From contig JACKGH010000001.1 in NCBI GenBank assembly GCA_020632075.1, positions 936,470 to 1,000,469 of the forward strand: DNA of 64,000 nt, given 5' to 3'. The position numbers and the translations under genes are program-made. Shown one piece after another: positions 19,047-28,027 of the stretch. How positions within the stretch are numbered: the first letter of the stretch is position 1; the number at the start of each line of letters is the position of its first letter. The stretch comes from Candidatus Nomurabacteria bacterium (lineage in GTDB: Bacteria > Patescibacteriota > Minisyncoccia > Phycocordibacterales > UBA918). Under the pieces are notes generated by a model. The model had not been told where the DNA came from. It saw only the letters and a list, made by a program, of their open reading frames with translations, and ran no database searches.

Positions 19047-20378
19047 TTAGAAGTAAAGGTTTTTAACAGGATAAGCGATTATCTCAGGTGTGTCTTTTGG
19101 TAATTTGATCCACTCATTATGGGAGAAAGGTTGATACTGAATCTCGCACGCATTGTTAATGTCTACAATTCGGTAAAATGGTCCCCCGTTAATTGAGTGG
19201 TCAAATTGCCAGGCAACTGATTCAATCTGGTCATTTCGCTTGCAGAGTTGGTTGATACGAAACCAGCTTTTGTATAGGTCGCATCGACTTCGTGATGATA
19301 CGGTTTCTCTTCGGAGATCGGCAATACTGCCGTTTTTATAGTGCACTTGAGCTTGAGAGAGACATTGGTGGTTTGCCTCAAACATAAAGAGGCCAATACG
19401 GTTGCCTTCCTGCGTCATGCGATGGTCACCTTCAATAGTGTATGGAAAGAGTTGCCAACAGAGAAGTAGTAGGAAAAAGAACCATGCCACTATCGATCGC
19501 CTGTCACGAGGGACTGGTGATGGCCTGAAGGCTGGTCCGAACAAGATCATCAAGAGTGGAATGGTTGATAATAAATAGCGGTAGTGCACAATTAGTCCTG
19601 AATACAAGTGAAATGTTAAAAAGTAGACCACCGCGCCACGTTGTAGTAGCTTGTTTGAACTGAGAAGAAACCAGGTGCCAATGATCTGCATGAAGATCAC
19701 AAAATTAGTAATAAATGGTGTGGCGATGTCAGGGAAAATCGGTAATCCGGTTTGAAGCGACGAGAAGTATGTTCCCAACACCCAACCCTCATCCAATTTT
19801 ATGGTTGCAGCTAAAAAGTACAGGAAGACAAAGCCTAGTCTTAAGAAGAAGATCTTATACGGCAGTGCCAGCAGAATGATAGAAAAGATAAGGTCAAAAT
19901 AATCGTAGTTTCCGCCAAAGCTAGCGGTGAGAAAGAAGGTGAGTACAAATTTCCAGATAAAAAGCACACTTAAAAGCATGTGTGCAAGGACCCAATCTTT
20001 CCGCCACATAAGATACGTGATGACGCCCATTATCCCCAAAAAGAAGACATAGAGTAAGGGCTGGGTGTGACCATAAGGTAAGTTAGAAAGAAAAAAATAT
20101 TCACCACAATTTTGAAAATATGGCCAGCATAAATATGCGTTGTTCAGATAAGCCTCCACGGTGGTATAGTGGGATTCTGCGTAGAAAGCAAAACTGATTA
20201 CATAGGTAAGCAAAAGAGCGCCAAAAGACCATTGAAGTGTGCCGCTTCTTTCAATTTCAAAAATTGAGAAAAAAGATCGATACCAACACAAGAAACGTTG
20301 CTCAATTTTGTGGGTAAAAATTTGATCTCGTAAAGGGGTGATGTTGGAGTCACTACTGCTTGTTTGTTCTCTGTCCAT
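19047..20378 (-). CDS. large polytopic membrane protein (8 or more TM) with a C-terminal Cys-containing soluble domain; possibly HTTM-like (speculative)
   Basis: A 443-aa protein with multiple hydrophobic helices and a soluble C-terminal region of about 130 aa. It is the first gene of a four-gene minus-strand operon. Confidence 0.5.
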   Translation of the reverse strand: MDREQTSSSDSNITPLRDQIFTHKIEQRFLCWYRSFFSIFEIERSGTLQWSFGALLLTYVISFAFYAESHYTTVEAYLNNAYLCWPYFQNCGEYFFLSNLPYGHTQPLLYVFFLGIMGVITYLMWRKDWVLAHMLLSVLFIWKFVLTFFLTASFGGNYDYFDLIFSIILLALPYKIFFLRLGFVFLYFLAATIKLDEGWVLGTYFSSLQTGLPIFPDIATPFITNFVIFMQIIGTWFLLSSNKLLQRGAVVYFLTFHLYSGLIVHYRYLLSTIPLLMILFGPAFRPSPVPRDRRSIVAWFFFLLLLCWQLFPYTIEGDHRMTQEGNRIGLFMFEANHQCLSQAQVHYKNGSIADLRRETVSSRSRCDLYKSWFRINQLCKRNDQIESVAWQFDHSINGGPFYRIVDINNACEIQYQPFSHNEWIKLPKDTPEIIAYPVKNLYF

Positions 20379-20398
20379 ATACGGGTATTATAGGACAG

Positions 20399-22045
20399 AT
20401 GTTAGACAAAAAGACAGCCCGTTTGAAACAATTGATTGAAGCTGAGGTCTTCGTGACTAAAGAACGGCAGCGAATCGTGTCAGCTCAGGGTACCGAATCA
20501 AACTGGCTGTTTGATTTTCGTCGTATTCTCATGCGCGGGGAAGTTTTGGAATTGTTGGGAGATGTGTTTTGGGAACGGTACAATAGCAAGTTTCCACTTC
20601 AGCTCGGTTGTCTTGAAGTGGCTGGGATTCCAATGGTGACTGGGATTGCTTGCCGTCTGCATGCGTTAGAGCATCCGGTGAATGCATTTTTCATTCGTAA
20701 ATCACGAAAGAAGCATGGATTACTTAACATGATCGAAGGAGAGATTGATGACACCAAAATCATATTGGTCGATGACATTATCAACTCTGGCAAGAGCTTC
20801 ATGCGTCAAGTAGAAGTGCTTGAGTCACTCGGAAAAAAAGTTGATACAATTTTTACGATATTGCAGTTTCGTGATGAAAGCTTCTATAGTTATTTTCTTG
20901 AAAAGGGAATTGCCGTCGAGTCTTTGTTCACGTTGGATGATTTTTCCGATTCTCTCGGTTTACACAACCTAGGTATCAGAGAAGAAAAGCGAGTGTCGAC
21001 GCCGTTTACGGTGGAGTGGTACTTCAAGAGCGAGAACCCAAATTATTTTTACGTGGTACCTAAATCTGCCCCTGCAGTCGATGATACAAAATTATACTTC
21101 GGCAGCGACTCAGGTAATTTCTGGGCATTGAACCAGCGTGATGGTTCAGTTACCTGGAAATTCAAAGTTGGCCTACATGCAAAAGGGAAAAATATCTTCT
21201 CGTCACCGGTCGTACATAAAGGGGTAGTGTATTTTGGTGCGTACGATGGTAATTTCTACGCCCTCGATACTGCAACAGGAAAGCCAAAATGGATATTTAT
21301 GGAGGCCGACTGGATTGGTTCTTCGCCGGCAATTGCGCCTAAGCTAGGGTTGGTGTTTGTGGGGCTTGAGTTTGGGTTTTGGAAAAAGAAGGGCGGAATC
21401 GTGGCGCTTCGTGTCGATACGGGAGAAAAAGTGTGGGAGTACACAACACCGGACTATGTACATTCTTCTCCCGCGTATGACACAAAGAGTGCTCTGGTAG
21501 TTTGCGGTTCGAATAATAATGCTACATATGCTTTGCATGCTAAGACGGGCAAAGTGGTTTGGAAATTTCAGACTGAAGGTGAAGTGAAGGCCTCCTTTGC
21601 ATTCTATGATAAGAAAAAGTACGTAGTATTTGCCTCCCATGATTCATACATATACATACTGAAAGTGAAGACGGGTGAGTTGGTTAAGAAGATCAAGACT
21701 GAATTTGCGATCTATTCGACCCCGTTAGTGTACGGCGATCGTGTGTATGTTGGGGCTCTCGACAAAAAGTTGTATTGTATTGATCTGAATACTCTAGAGA
21801 TCTCATGGGAGTTTCTGACCAGTGGTCGAATCTTCGCTTCCCCTTTTGAGTGGCGTGGGCACATCTACATTGGCTCGAATGATGCTCGATTGTATGAGCT
21901 AGATCCTGTGTCAGGCAACAACACCGCGGTATTCCAAGCGACCGAGCGGATCACCAACGCGGCAACCGTAAGTTCGGACGGCAAAAGATTGTTGTTGCCG
22001 ACGTTTGCAAACGAGATCTTTTGCTTGAAGCGAGACGAATTGTAG
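20399..22045 (+). CDS. fusion protein: type-I phosphoribosyltransferase (OPRTase-like) N-domain plus PQQ-repeat beta-propeller (BamB/YfgL-like) C-domain
   Basis: PRTase PRPP-binding motif KIILVDDIINSGKS. At least five PQQ-like blades follow (FYALDTATGKPKWIF, YALHAKTGKVVWKFQ, LYCIDLNTLEISWEF, LYELDPVSG...). There is no signal peptide. The start is taken at the ATG at 20399. Confidence 0.6.
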   Translation: MLDKKTARLKQLIEAEVFVTKERQRIVSAQGTESNWLFDFRRILMRGEVLELLGDVFWERYNSKFPLQLGCLEVAGIPMVTGIACRLHALEHPVNAFFIRKSRKKHGLLNMIEGEIDDTKIILVDDIINSGKSFMRQVEVLESLGKKVDTIFTILQFRDESFYSYFLEKGIAVESLFTLDDFSDSLGLHNLGIREEKRVSTPFTVEWYFKSENPNYFYVVPKSAPAVDDTKLYFGSDSGNFWALNQRDGSVTWKFKVGLHAKGKNIFSSPVVHKGVVYFGAYDGNFYALDTATGKPKWIFMEADWIGSSPAIAPKLGLVFVGLEFGFWKKKGGIVALRVDTGEKVWEYTTPDYVHSSPAYDTKSALVVCGSNNNATYALHAKTGKVVWKFQTEGEVKASFAFYDKKKYVVFASHDSYIYILKVKTGELVKKIKTEFAIYSTPLVYGDRVYVGALDKKLYCIDLNTLEISWEFLTSGRIFASPFEWRGHIYIGSNDARLYELDPVSGNNTAVFQATERITNAATVSSDGKRLLLPTFANEIFCLKRDEL

Positions 22046-22049
22046 TATC

Positions 22050-22787
22050 ATGTACAGCATGCTTCTTACTGGCGGTCGCATTCTTATTGTTAAGCAAATT
22101 ATCGCTATAAGCTTTCTTGTGGCTGTTGCGTACGTGCTCACCGCACCTGCTACGTACTATAAGCTCGGAAAGGTGGTGTTTGGTGATGTGCCGGAGTTTT
22201 ACAATGTCGAGTTGGCACACTATCTATTTTCCTATGCTGCGTATCCACCAATTGGTACAGCACCTGAATTTGCACACTATCAGCTTTCGCGCACCTACTT
22301 TATTAGGGGGCAGCTCATTGCGGCAGTGAAGGAGGCGAAGAAGGAGCTTGAGCTGTATCCTGACAATAAACGAACCTACTACATCCTGGGCCTTACCTAC
22401 GGATATCTAGAGTTGCGACAGGAAGCGGTGCTTTCTTTCATGCAGTTTATTGAAGCGTATCCGAATTCTTGGGCGGCACGCAATGATATCGCGTGGATCC
22501 TTTTCCAGTCAGGAGATATTGCGGGGGCACGATACTACATAGAGCCAGTTGCAACCGTACACAACCCTTGGGTACAAAATACGTACGGTACCATTCTTCT
22601 GAATCAGGGTGAGTACGACAAAGCAAAGGAAGCGTTCCTGATCGCCGAACGTGAAGCAGCAGCCATGACAGAGGAAGAGTGGGGTAGTGCATATCCAGGC
22701 AATGACCCACGTATTTACGGAACGGGTCTTTCGGCGATGCGTAGATCGATCGCGGCCAACCTAGCACTGCTCGAAGGATTGAAATAG
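22050..22787 (+). CDS. TPR-repeat protein with N-terminal TM anchor
   Basis: An N-terminal TM helix (IIAISFLVAVAYVLTA) is followed by TPR-like repeats (YYILGLTYGYLELRQEAVLSFMQFIEAYPNSWAARNDIAWILFQSGD...). Confidence 0.55.
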   Translation: MYSMLLTGGRILIVKQIIAISFLVAVAYVLTAPATYYKLGKVVFGDVPEFYNVELAHYLFSYAAYPPIGTAPEFAHYQLSRTYFIRGQLIAAVKEAKKELELYPDNKRTYYILGLTYGYLELRQEAVLSFMQFIEAYPNSWAARNDIAWILFQSGDIAGARYYIEPVATVHNPWVQNTYGTILLNQGEYDKAKEAFLIAEREAAAMTEEEWGSAYPGNDPRIYGTGLSAMRRSIAANLALLEGLK

Positions 22788-22898
22788 GTATTACACAGTT
22801 ATTGCTGAACCTGACAAAATCACATGGTATGCTTTTTGTAAGGAAGTATATCCGGCAAATTTTACTACTGGCTATTAAGCCGAGTCATCTATTACAAC

Positions 22899-24452
22899 AT
22901 GATCAATCCATTTCGTTCACTATCTACAAAGCCACTGCTCTCACTGGTGGTACTGACGCCTATCGCGGTACTGCTTTTGTTTGCAGCTCTCACCGCAGCA
23001 TATTTTGCAACTCATGCTACCGATCCATACGCAGCTGAGCTTGCCTTCATTGAGTACTCAAGCGATGATAATGTTGAAGGCTCGCTTGTGCCAGCGAGTT
23101 GTGAAAGTTCCGATGCAGTCAATCACTTCCCAGGTGATTGTGCTTGCAGTATTGGGTATTCTGATCCGTGTATTGGAGCGGCTTGCAACCGTACTATCAC
23201 ATGGAATGTGGGAGTAGCCGGCTCGTTTAATCTATGGATGACCGGTGCTGGTAATTTAGGTCCTAAAATACCTAATGGTAACCAGTTAATTGCAATTCCG
23301 CCTGGAGGTGCGACTTTTAGAGCTCGTCGTGCAGATATGACAGTACTATGTAGCCAGTTTGTCCCAGGATACCCGGCGCCAACACTTGTCTTCACTGGTA
23401 CAGACGGTGTGGTGAGTGGACCAAACATCACTGCTGATCCGTTCGATGACATTCAGTTGAATTGGACAGTCACAAACGCAGCTACCTGTAACGCTAGCAA
23501 CGGCTGGGCTGGTGCACAAGCAGCTGCAGACGGTGCGCACTCAAGTCCATGGTTTATCCCGCCGGGAGACAGTACCTATACCCTGACCTGTACTGGTCCA
23601 GGAGGTTCCGTTTCACGATCAGTGGTAGTAGATGTGCGTTCACCAGTGGTGACATTGAATGCGGTGCCGGATCATATTGGGCCTGGTATGGTTTCAAATC
23701 TCAACTGGACGGTTTGGGGAGCTACTAGCTGTTCAAAAGCAGAAACTACTCCTACAGGTTTTATGGGTCTTACACCACCGGTTGACGATAACCAAAATGT
23801 TTCACCACTCCTAACAACTAATTATACTTTGACCTGTACTGGGCCAGGAGGTGTTACTCCTGCAACAGAGCAAGTATTAATGCCGTCTGGCATACTCACT
23901 GCAACTGACTGTGTAGTAGCAGATTTTGACACTTCGTGTGATAGTACGGTGTTTTGGATTGCAAATAATTTTCTTGGTGCACCCTCATTGTTGCAAGGAG
24001 CTATCGAGTTTTCAAATGCGGTGACTGATACAATGCCTATACCAGTAAATCCATCGAGTCACACGGTGAGATTGGAAGATACTGGAAGTGCATTCTTCCT
24101 GGAACGAAATCCATTGGCTGAATGTTTGCCAGACTCTGTGTGGGCGGGCGGTCGTTGTTGGCCGCGTCCTGATATCAGTCTGCCTATCGATAGTGTGATC
24201 CGAAGTGGCTCGCAGTTTGAGATTGAGGCAGAGATCACAGCCAATTACCCAACAACCTGTACGATGGATGATGGTGTTCCGCAAGGATTTGTGCACGCAG
24301 CGTCGGCAGGCCCAGTCGTACATACTTTAACAACTCGAGTGCTCCGAAATGCACAAGTGGTCACTTTCGAATGTCATCACACTTTGTACCCGACAGTGAA
24401 TCGACAGGCGAGTATGCGAATCGAAGTGGTGCCAAATGTCCAAGAGATCTAG
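22899..24452 (+). CDS. large membrane-anchored exported protein with repeated Ig-like domains (YTLTCTGPGG repeats)
   Basis: An N-terminal TM helix (LLSLVVLTPIAVLLLFAALTAAYF) and repeated modules carrying STYTLTCTGPGGSVSRSVVVDV and TNYTLTCTGPGGVTPATE. Confidence 0.5.
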   Translation: MINPFRSLSTKPLLSLVVLTPIAVLLLFAALTAAYFATHATDPYAAELAFIEYSSDDNVEGSLVPASCESSDAVNHFPGDCACSIGYSDPCIGAACNRTITWNVGVAGSFNLWMTGAGNLGPKIPNGNQLIAIPPGGATFRARRADMTVLCSQFVPGYPAPTLVFTGTDGVVSGPNITADPFDDIQLNWTVTNAATCNASNGWAGAQAAADGAHSSPWFIPPGDSTYTLTCTGPGGSVSRSVVVDVRSPVVTLNAVPDHIGPGMVSNLNWTVWGATSCSKAETTPTGFMGLTPPVDDNQNVSPLLTTNYTLTCTGPGGVTPATEQVLMPSGILTATDCVVADFDTSCDSTVFWIANNFLGAPSLLQGAIEFSNAVTDTMPIPVNPSSHTVRLEDTGSAFFLERNPLAECLPDSVWAGGRCWPRPDISLPIDSVIRSGSQFEIEAEITANYPTTCTMDDGVPQGFVHAASAGPVVHTLTTRVLRNAQVVTFECHHTLYPTVNRQASMRIEVVPNVQEI

Positions 24453-24469
24453 AGGAGATTGAGACGATG

Positions 24470-24500
24470 AAAACGGCCGCCCCGAAGGGGCGGCCGTTTT
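24470..24500 (+). terminator. intrinsic terminator
   Basis: aaaacggccgcccc-gaag-gggcggccgtttt. Confidence 0.7.
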
Positions 24501-24581
24501 GCTTGCCAAAAGGTGAAAAATCAGTATACTGTGCGCAGCTTTTTAAGACCTATGTACGGAGCATGCTCCGGACCAATGGGC

Positions 24582-24644
24582 ACAAACCGCGCGAAATTTT
24601 TTAGTGCGAGCTGTGCTCGCGCCAAAAAATTTCGCGCGGTTTGT
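24582..24644 (+). promoter_or_regulatory. long perfect hairpin in the rplC 5' leader (21-bp inverted repeat plus nested 6-bp palindrome)
   Basis: acaaaccgcgcgaaatttttt (24582-24602) and aaaaaatttcgcgcggtttgt (24624-24644) are perfect reverse complements. The central agtgcgagctgtgctcgcgcc contains a gcgagc/gctcgc palindrome. The hairpin lies about 45 nt upstream of the rplC ATG. Confidence 0.5.
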
Positions 24645-24687
24645 CGTATGGGTCTAAAGCTACTTTATTCACTCATACATATAAATA

Positions 24688-25308
24688 ATGAAATTTATTG
24701 TAGGAACTAAGACCGGTATGACACAAGTCTTCGATGCAGAAGGTGTGTGTCGTGCAGCAACCGTTCTCAAGGTTACACCAGCGACTGTGTCACAGGTGAA
24801 GACTGAAGAAAAGGATGGCTACGCTGCAGTCCAGCTTGCCTTTGGTGAGCAGAAGGACCACCGTGTCAACAAAGCAACAAAAGGTCACTTCGGCGCGTCA
24901 GTTGCTGGTGCTGTCGAGTTTCGTCCACGTGAAGTGTACGGCGAGACGATCGACGGTGTCGAAAAGGGCGCAACGCTCGATGTGACTGTGTTCGAACCAG
25001 GTGATGACATCTCAGTCTCTGCTACCTCAAAGGGTAAGGGATTCCAGGGTGTCGTGAAGCGTCATGGCTTTGCTGGTGGTCGCCGATCACACGGTCAGAA
25101 GCATTCTGAGCGTGAACCAGGTTCAATCGGAGCAACCGGTAACAATCGCGTTCTCAAGGGAACACGCATGGCCGGACGCATGGGTAGCGATACTGTTACC
25201 GTGAAGGGACTTAAGGTCCTTCAAGTTAATGCAGCCGAAAATACCCTCGTGGTGTCAGGTGCTGTACCAGGTCGAAAGGGAACATTAGTAGAGGTCTACG
25301 GGGCCTAA
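24688..25308 (+). CDS. rplC: 50S ribosomal protein L3
   Basis: FQGVVKRHGFAGGRRSHGQKHSEREPGSIGATGNNRVLKGTRMAGRMG. Confidence 0.95.
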   Translation: MKFIVGTKTGMTQVFDAEGVCRAATVLKVTPATVSQVKTEEKDGYAAVQLAFGEQKDHRVNKATKGHFGASVAGAVEFRPREVYGETIDGVEKGATLDVTVFEPGDDISVSATSKGKGFQGVVKRHGFAGGRRSHGQKHSEREPGSIGATGNNRVLKGTRMAGRMGSDTVTVKGLKVLQVNAAENTLVVSGAVPGRKGTLVEVYGA

Positions 25309-25322
25309 GTAACAAATAGAAT

Positions 25323-26003
25323 ATGGACGCAAAAGTATTTTCTAAAGATGGAAAAGAAACTGGTAAGGTGACCCTTCCAGAAGCAGTGTTCGGGGTTGCT
25401 TGGAATCCAGATCTCGTACACGAAGTAGTTGTTGGTATGCAGGCAAATGCCCGCGAAGGCAACGCACACACAAAGGATCGTTCTGAAGTACGCGGTGGTG
25501 GTAAGAAGCCATGGCGTCAGAAGGGTACCGGTCGTGCTCGTCACGGTTCACGTCGATCTCCGATCTGGACTGGTGGTGGTGTGACTTTTGGACCACGTAA
25601 CGAAAAGGATCATTCAGTGAAGATCAACAAGAAGGTAAAGGCCAAGGCGCTTGCGTCTGTCCTCACCAAGAAGTTGGCTGATGCTGAAGTGATCTTCGTT
25701 GATTCACTCAAGATGGATGAGCCAAAGACCAAGGATGCAAAGGCAGTATTCACTGCAATTGCAACTGGTTCAGGTAACGAAGCAATGGCGCGAAAGCGCA
25801 AGAACGCTGCAGTGGTAGTGCTCGCGGAGCGCAATCTTGCAACTGAAAAAAGTTTCCGAAACTTCGGCAACATCGAAGTCATCCAGGCAAAGGATGTTAA
25901 CCCAGTTGACCTCCTCACTTACAAGTACGTAGTGGTCGCAGATGCACCAGCTGCAGTCGAAGTACTCGCTGGACGTATCGCACCAACTACTAAGTCAAAG
26001 TAG
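25323..26003 (+). CDS. rplD: 50S ribosomal protein L4
   Basis: GGGKKPWRQKGTGRARHGSRRSPIWTGGGVTFGP. Confidence 0.95.
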   Translation: MDAKVFSKDGKETGKVTLPEAVFGVAWNPDLVHEVVVGMQANAREGNAHTKDRSEVRGGGKKPWRQKGTGRARHGSRRSPIWTGGGVTFGPRNEKDHSVKINKKVKAKALASVLTKKLADAEVIFVDSLKMDEPKTKDAKAVFTAIATGSGNEAMARKRKNAAVVVLAERNLATEKSFRNFGNIEVIQAKDVNPVDLLTYKYVVVADAPAAVEVLAGRIAPTTKSK

Positions 26004-26004
26004 T

Positions 26005-26376
26005 ATGGCTCTCTTTGGAAAGAAAAAAGAAACCAAGGAAGAGGCGTCTGTTGAGGCTCCAAAGGCAACTGCTCCAAAAGCACTTGCAACTGACCGAGAC
26101 CTCGCGACTGTGATCGTTGGTCCTCGCATCACTGAGAAGTCAGTGATGATGGGTGACAACAATGTGTACACTTTTACGGTTCGCCGTGATGCAACTAAGT
26201 TTGATGTACGCGATGCAGTGAAGGCCCTCTACAACGTGACGCCGATGAAGGTAAACATCGTGAACAAAAAGCCAGCCAAGCGCATGGTGGGAAGCCGCAA
26301 TCGCGCAAAGCATGTAAAGGGAGTAAAGAAGGCGTACGTGTACCTCAAGAAGGGTGACACGATCAACCTTGTCTAA
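26005..26376 (+). CDS. rplW: 50S ribosomal protein L23 (with Lys/Ala-rich N-terminal extension)
   Basis: VIVGPRITEKSVMMGDNNVYTFTVRRDATKFDVRDAVKALYNVTP. The start is taken at the ATG at 26005 (MALFGKKK). Confidence 0.9.
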   Translation: MALFGKKKETKEEASVEAPKATAPKALATDRDLATVIVGPRITEKSVMMGDNNVYTFTVRRDATKFDVRDAVKALYNVTPMKVNIVNKKPAKRMVGSRNRAKHVKGVKKAYVYLKKGDTINLV

Positions 26377-26463
26377 TCTCTAATTACCAGTTAGGAAGAT
26401 AAGGAGGTAGGGGCGGCGGCTTCGCCACCGCCCAGGCCACCACTATTTTCTAACCATTCAGTT

Positions 26464-27324
26464 ATGAAAAAATATAAACCAACATCAGCGGGTCGTCGTG
26501 ACGGCTCGGTGATCGAGTACAAGAAGAAGCTTTCTTCTACCAAGAGCAATCCGCTCAAGTCGCTCACCAAGGGTAAGCGAAGTACTGGTGGTCGTAACAG
26601 CGCTGGTCGCATTACTACTCACTACCGTGGGGCAGGTAACAAGCGAACCTTCCGCGAGATCGACTTCAAGTACAACAAGAAGGATGTTCCTGCTAAGGTA
26701 GAGACTATCGAGTACGATCCAAACCGTTCAGGTTTCATTGCGCTCGTATGTTACGCCGACGGTGAACGCAGGTACATTCTTGCACCTCGCAACCTCGAGG
26801 TAGGTGATGAGATCATTGTCTCAGAAAAGGCAAAGGTCAAGACAGGTAACCGTTTGCCACTTGCAGCTATCCCAGTTGGTACCTTCGTATACAACGTGGA
26901 GATCAACCCAGGAGCAGGTGCAAAGCTTGGCCGTTCTGCTGGTAACGCGATTGAAGTCGTTGCACAGGACAGCAAGCACACCACCCTCAAGATGCCATCA
27001 ACTGAAATCCGTAAGGTGCTAAACACTGCATGGGCTTCAATCGGTGAGGTGTCAAACGAGGAATACCGTCTCGTGAGTATTGGTAAGGCAGGACGCGCAC
27101 GTCACATGGGTCTTCGTCCGAAGAACCGTGGTGCGGCTCGTAACGCCGTAGACCACCCACACGGAGGTGGTGAAGGACGCTCACCGCGTGGTCATCGCCG
27201 ACAGCGAACCAAGCAGGGTCGTCCAACCGGAAAGGGTCAGAAGACTCGTTCACCAAAGAAGTACTCAAACAAGCTTATTGTTTCTCGCCGCAAGCCAGGT
27301 CGCTTGATGCGGGGAAATAAGTAA
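26464..27324 (+). CDS. rplB: 50S ribosomal protein L2
   Basis: HYRGAGNKRTFREIDFKY... and RNAVDHPHGGGEGRSPRG. Confidence 0.95.
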   Translation: MKKYKPTSAGRRDGSVIEYKKKLSSTKSNPLKSLTKGKRSTGGRNSAGRITTHYRGAGNKRTFREIDFKYNKKDVPAKVETIEYDPNRSGFIALVCYADGERRYILAPRNLEVGDEIIVSEKAKVKTGNRLPLAAIPVGTFVYNVEINPGAGAKLGRSAGNAIEVVAQDSKHTTLKMPSTEIRKVLNTAWASIGEVSNEEYRLVSIGKAGRARHMGLRPKNRGAARNAVDHPHGGGEGRSPRGHRRQRTKQGRPTGKGQKTRSPKKYSNKLIVSRRKPGRLMRGNK

Positions 27325-27329
27325 AACTA

Positions 27330-27355
27330 AAAAACACCCATCTAGGGTGTTTTTT
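27330..27355 (+). terminator. intrinsic terminator after rplB
   Basis: aaaaacaccc-atcta-gggtgttttt. It separates rplB from rpsS, which lies 5.5 kb downstream. Confidence 0.65.
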
Positions 27356-27465
27356 AGTTTTAGCACCTGAACTGTTTCAGGTGCGTACTTATTTCCCGGC
27401 CGGAGCTATGTCGGACGAAGCGAAGCGAGTACGACGAGCGGTGAAAAGTGACATTGAGTCACTTT

Positions 27466-27810
27466 TCACGGATCGCGAGTCCAGAAAATAACGACGAAGG
27501 AGTATATTTTCTGAGAACTTGTGATGTAACAAGTAGTCGTTAGAGATTCTATACAAAACAGCCGCGGGCCCATAGGGCCCGCGGCTGTTTTGTGCTCGTT
27601 CGCTGCCAAGTGTTCTATCTGATCAACTAAGCAAGGCTCAGGTGGTGTTTGCGGTAAATGATATGGCTGTAAGTGGGAGAATTGCACTGAATCTACTGCA
27701 GTACAGCTGTGTGTGGCGACAAATTCAGTCAGGGCGCCATTTAGTCCCTTTGCGAGTCCGAACACGGTAAACAGTAATAACAGAAAAAGAATGCGAATAA
27801 GTGATTTCAT
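27466..27810 (-). CDS. possible small secreted protein (low confidence; ORF reads through a palindromic terminator)
   Basis: A convincing signal peptide (MKSLIRILFLLLLFTVFGLAKG), but the 3' half of the ORF overlaps the GC-rich hairpin at 27558-27588. Confidence 0.25.
   Translation of the reverse strand: MKSLIRILFLLLLFTVFGLAKGLNGALTEFVATHSCTAVDSVQFSHLQPYHLPQTPPEPCLVDQIEHLAANEHKTAAGPMGPRLFCIESLTTTCYITSSQKIYSFVVIFWTRDP
27553..27593. terminator. bidirectional GC-rich hairpin terminator
   Basis: aaaacagccgcgggccc-atag-ggcccgcggctgtttt, with an A-tract upstream and a T-tract downstream. Confidence 0.5.
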
Positions 27811-28027
27811 GCGACAAGGTGATCATGGTGTGGGACCGATCTGGTAAGTGGGAGGTATATAGAGTAACAAGAGGTTGTTTAAATCGTAATCAAATCACCG
27901 TTGATAACCACTATAAACATTGAGTGCGATACACAAAACGCTGCCGTCAATATCATCTGAAGCGGGGAGTGAGTGGTATCTGAATAATCTGATACAATAG
28001 TACTAACTACAAAGTAATTAGTTTTTT

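Noticed and set aside
22981-23540. Short ORFs on both strands inside 22899..24452.
   Set aside because: They lie internal to a long ORF with a coherent repeated domain structure and have no independent signals.
24582-24644. The 21-bp perfect inverted repeat considered as terminal inverted repeats of a miniature transposable element.
   Set aside because: The arms are only 21 nt apart, there are no target-site duplications and no transposase, and it sits in the rplC 5' leader. It is interpreted as an RNA hairpin instead.
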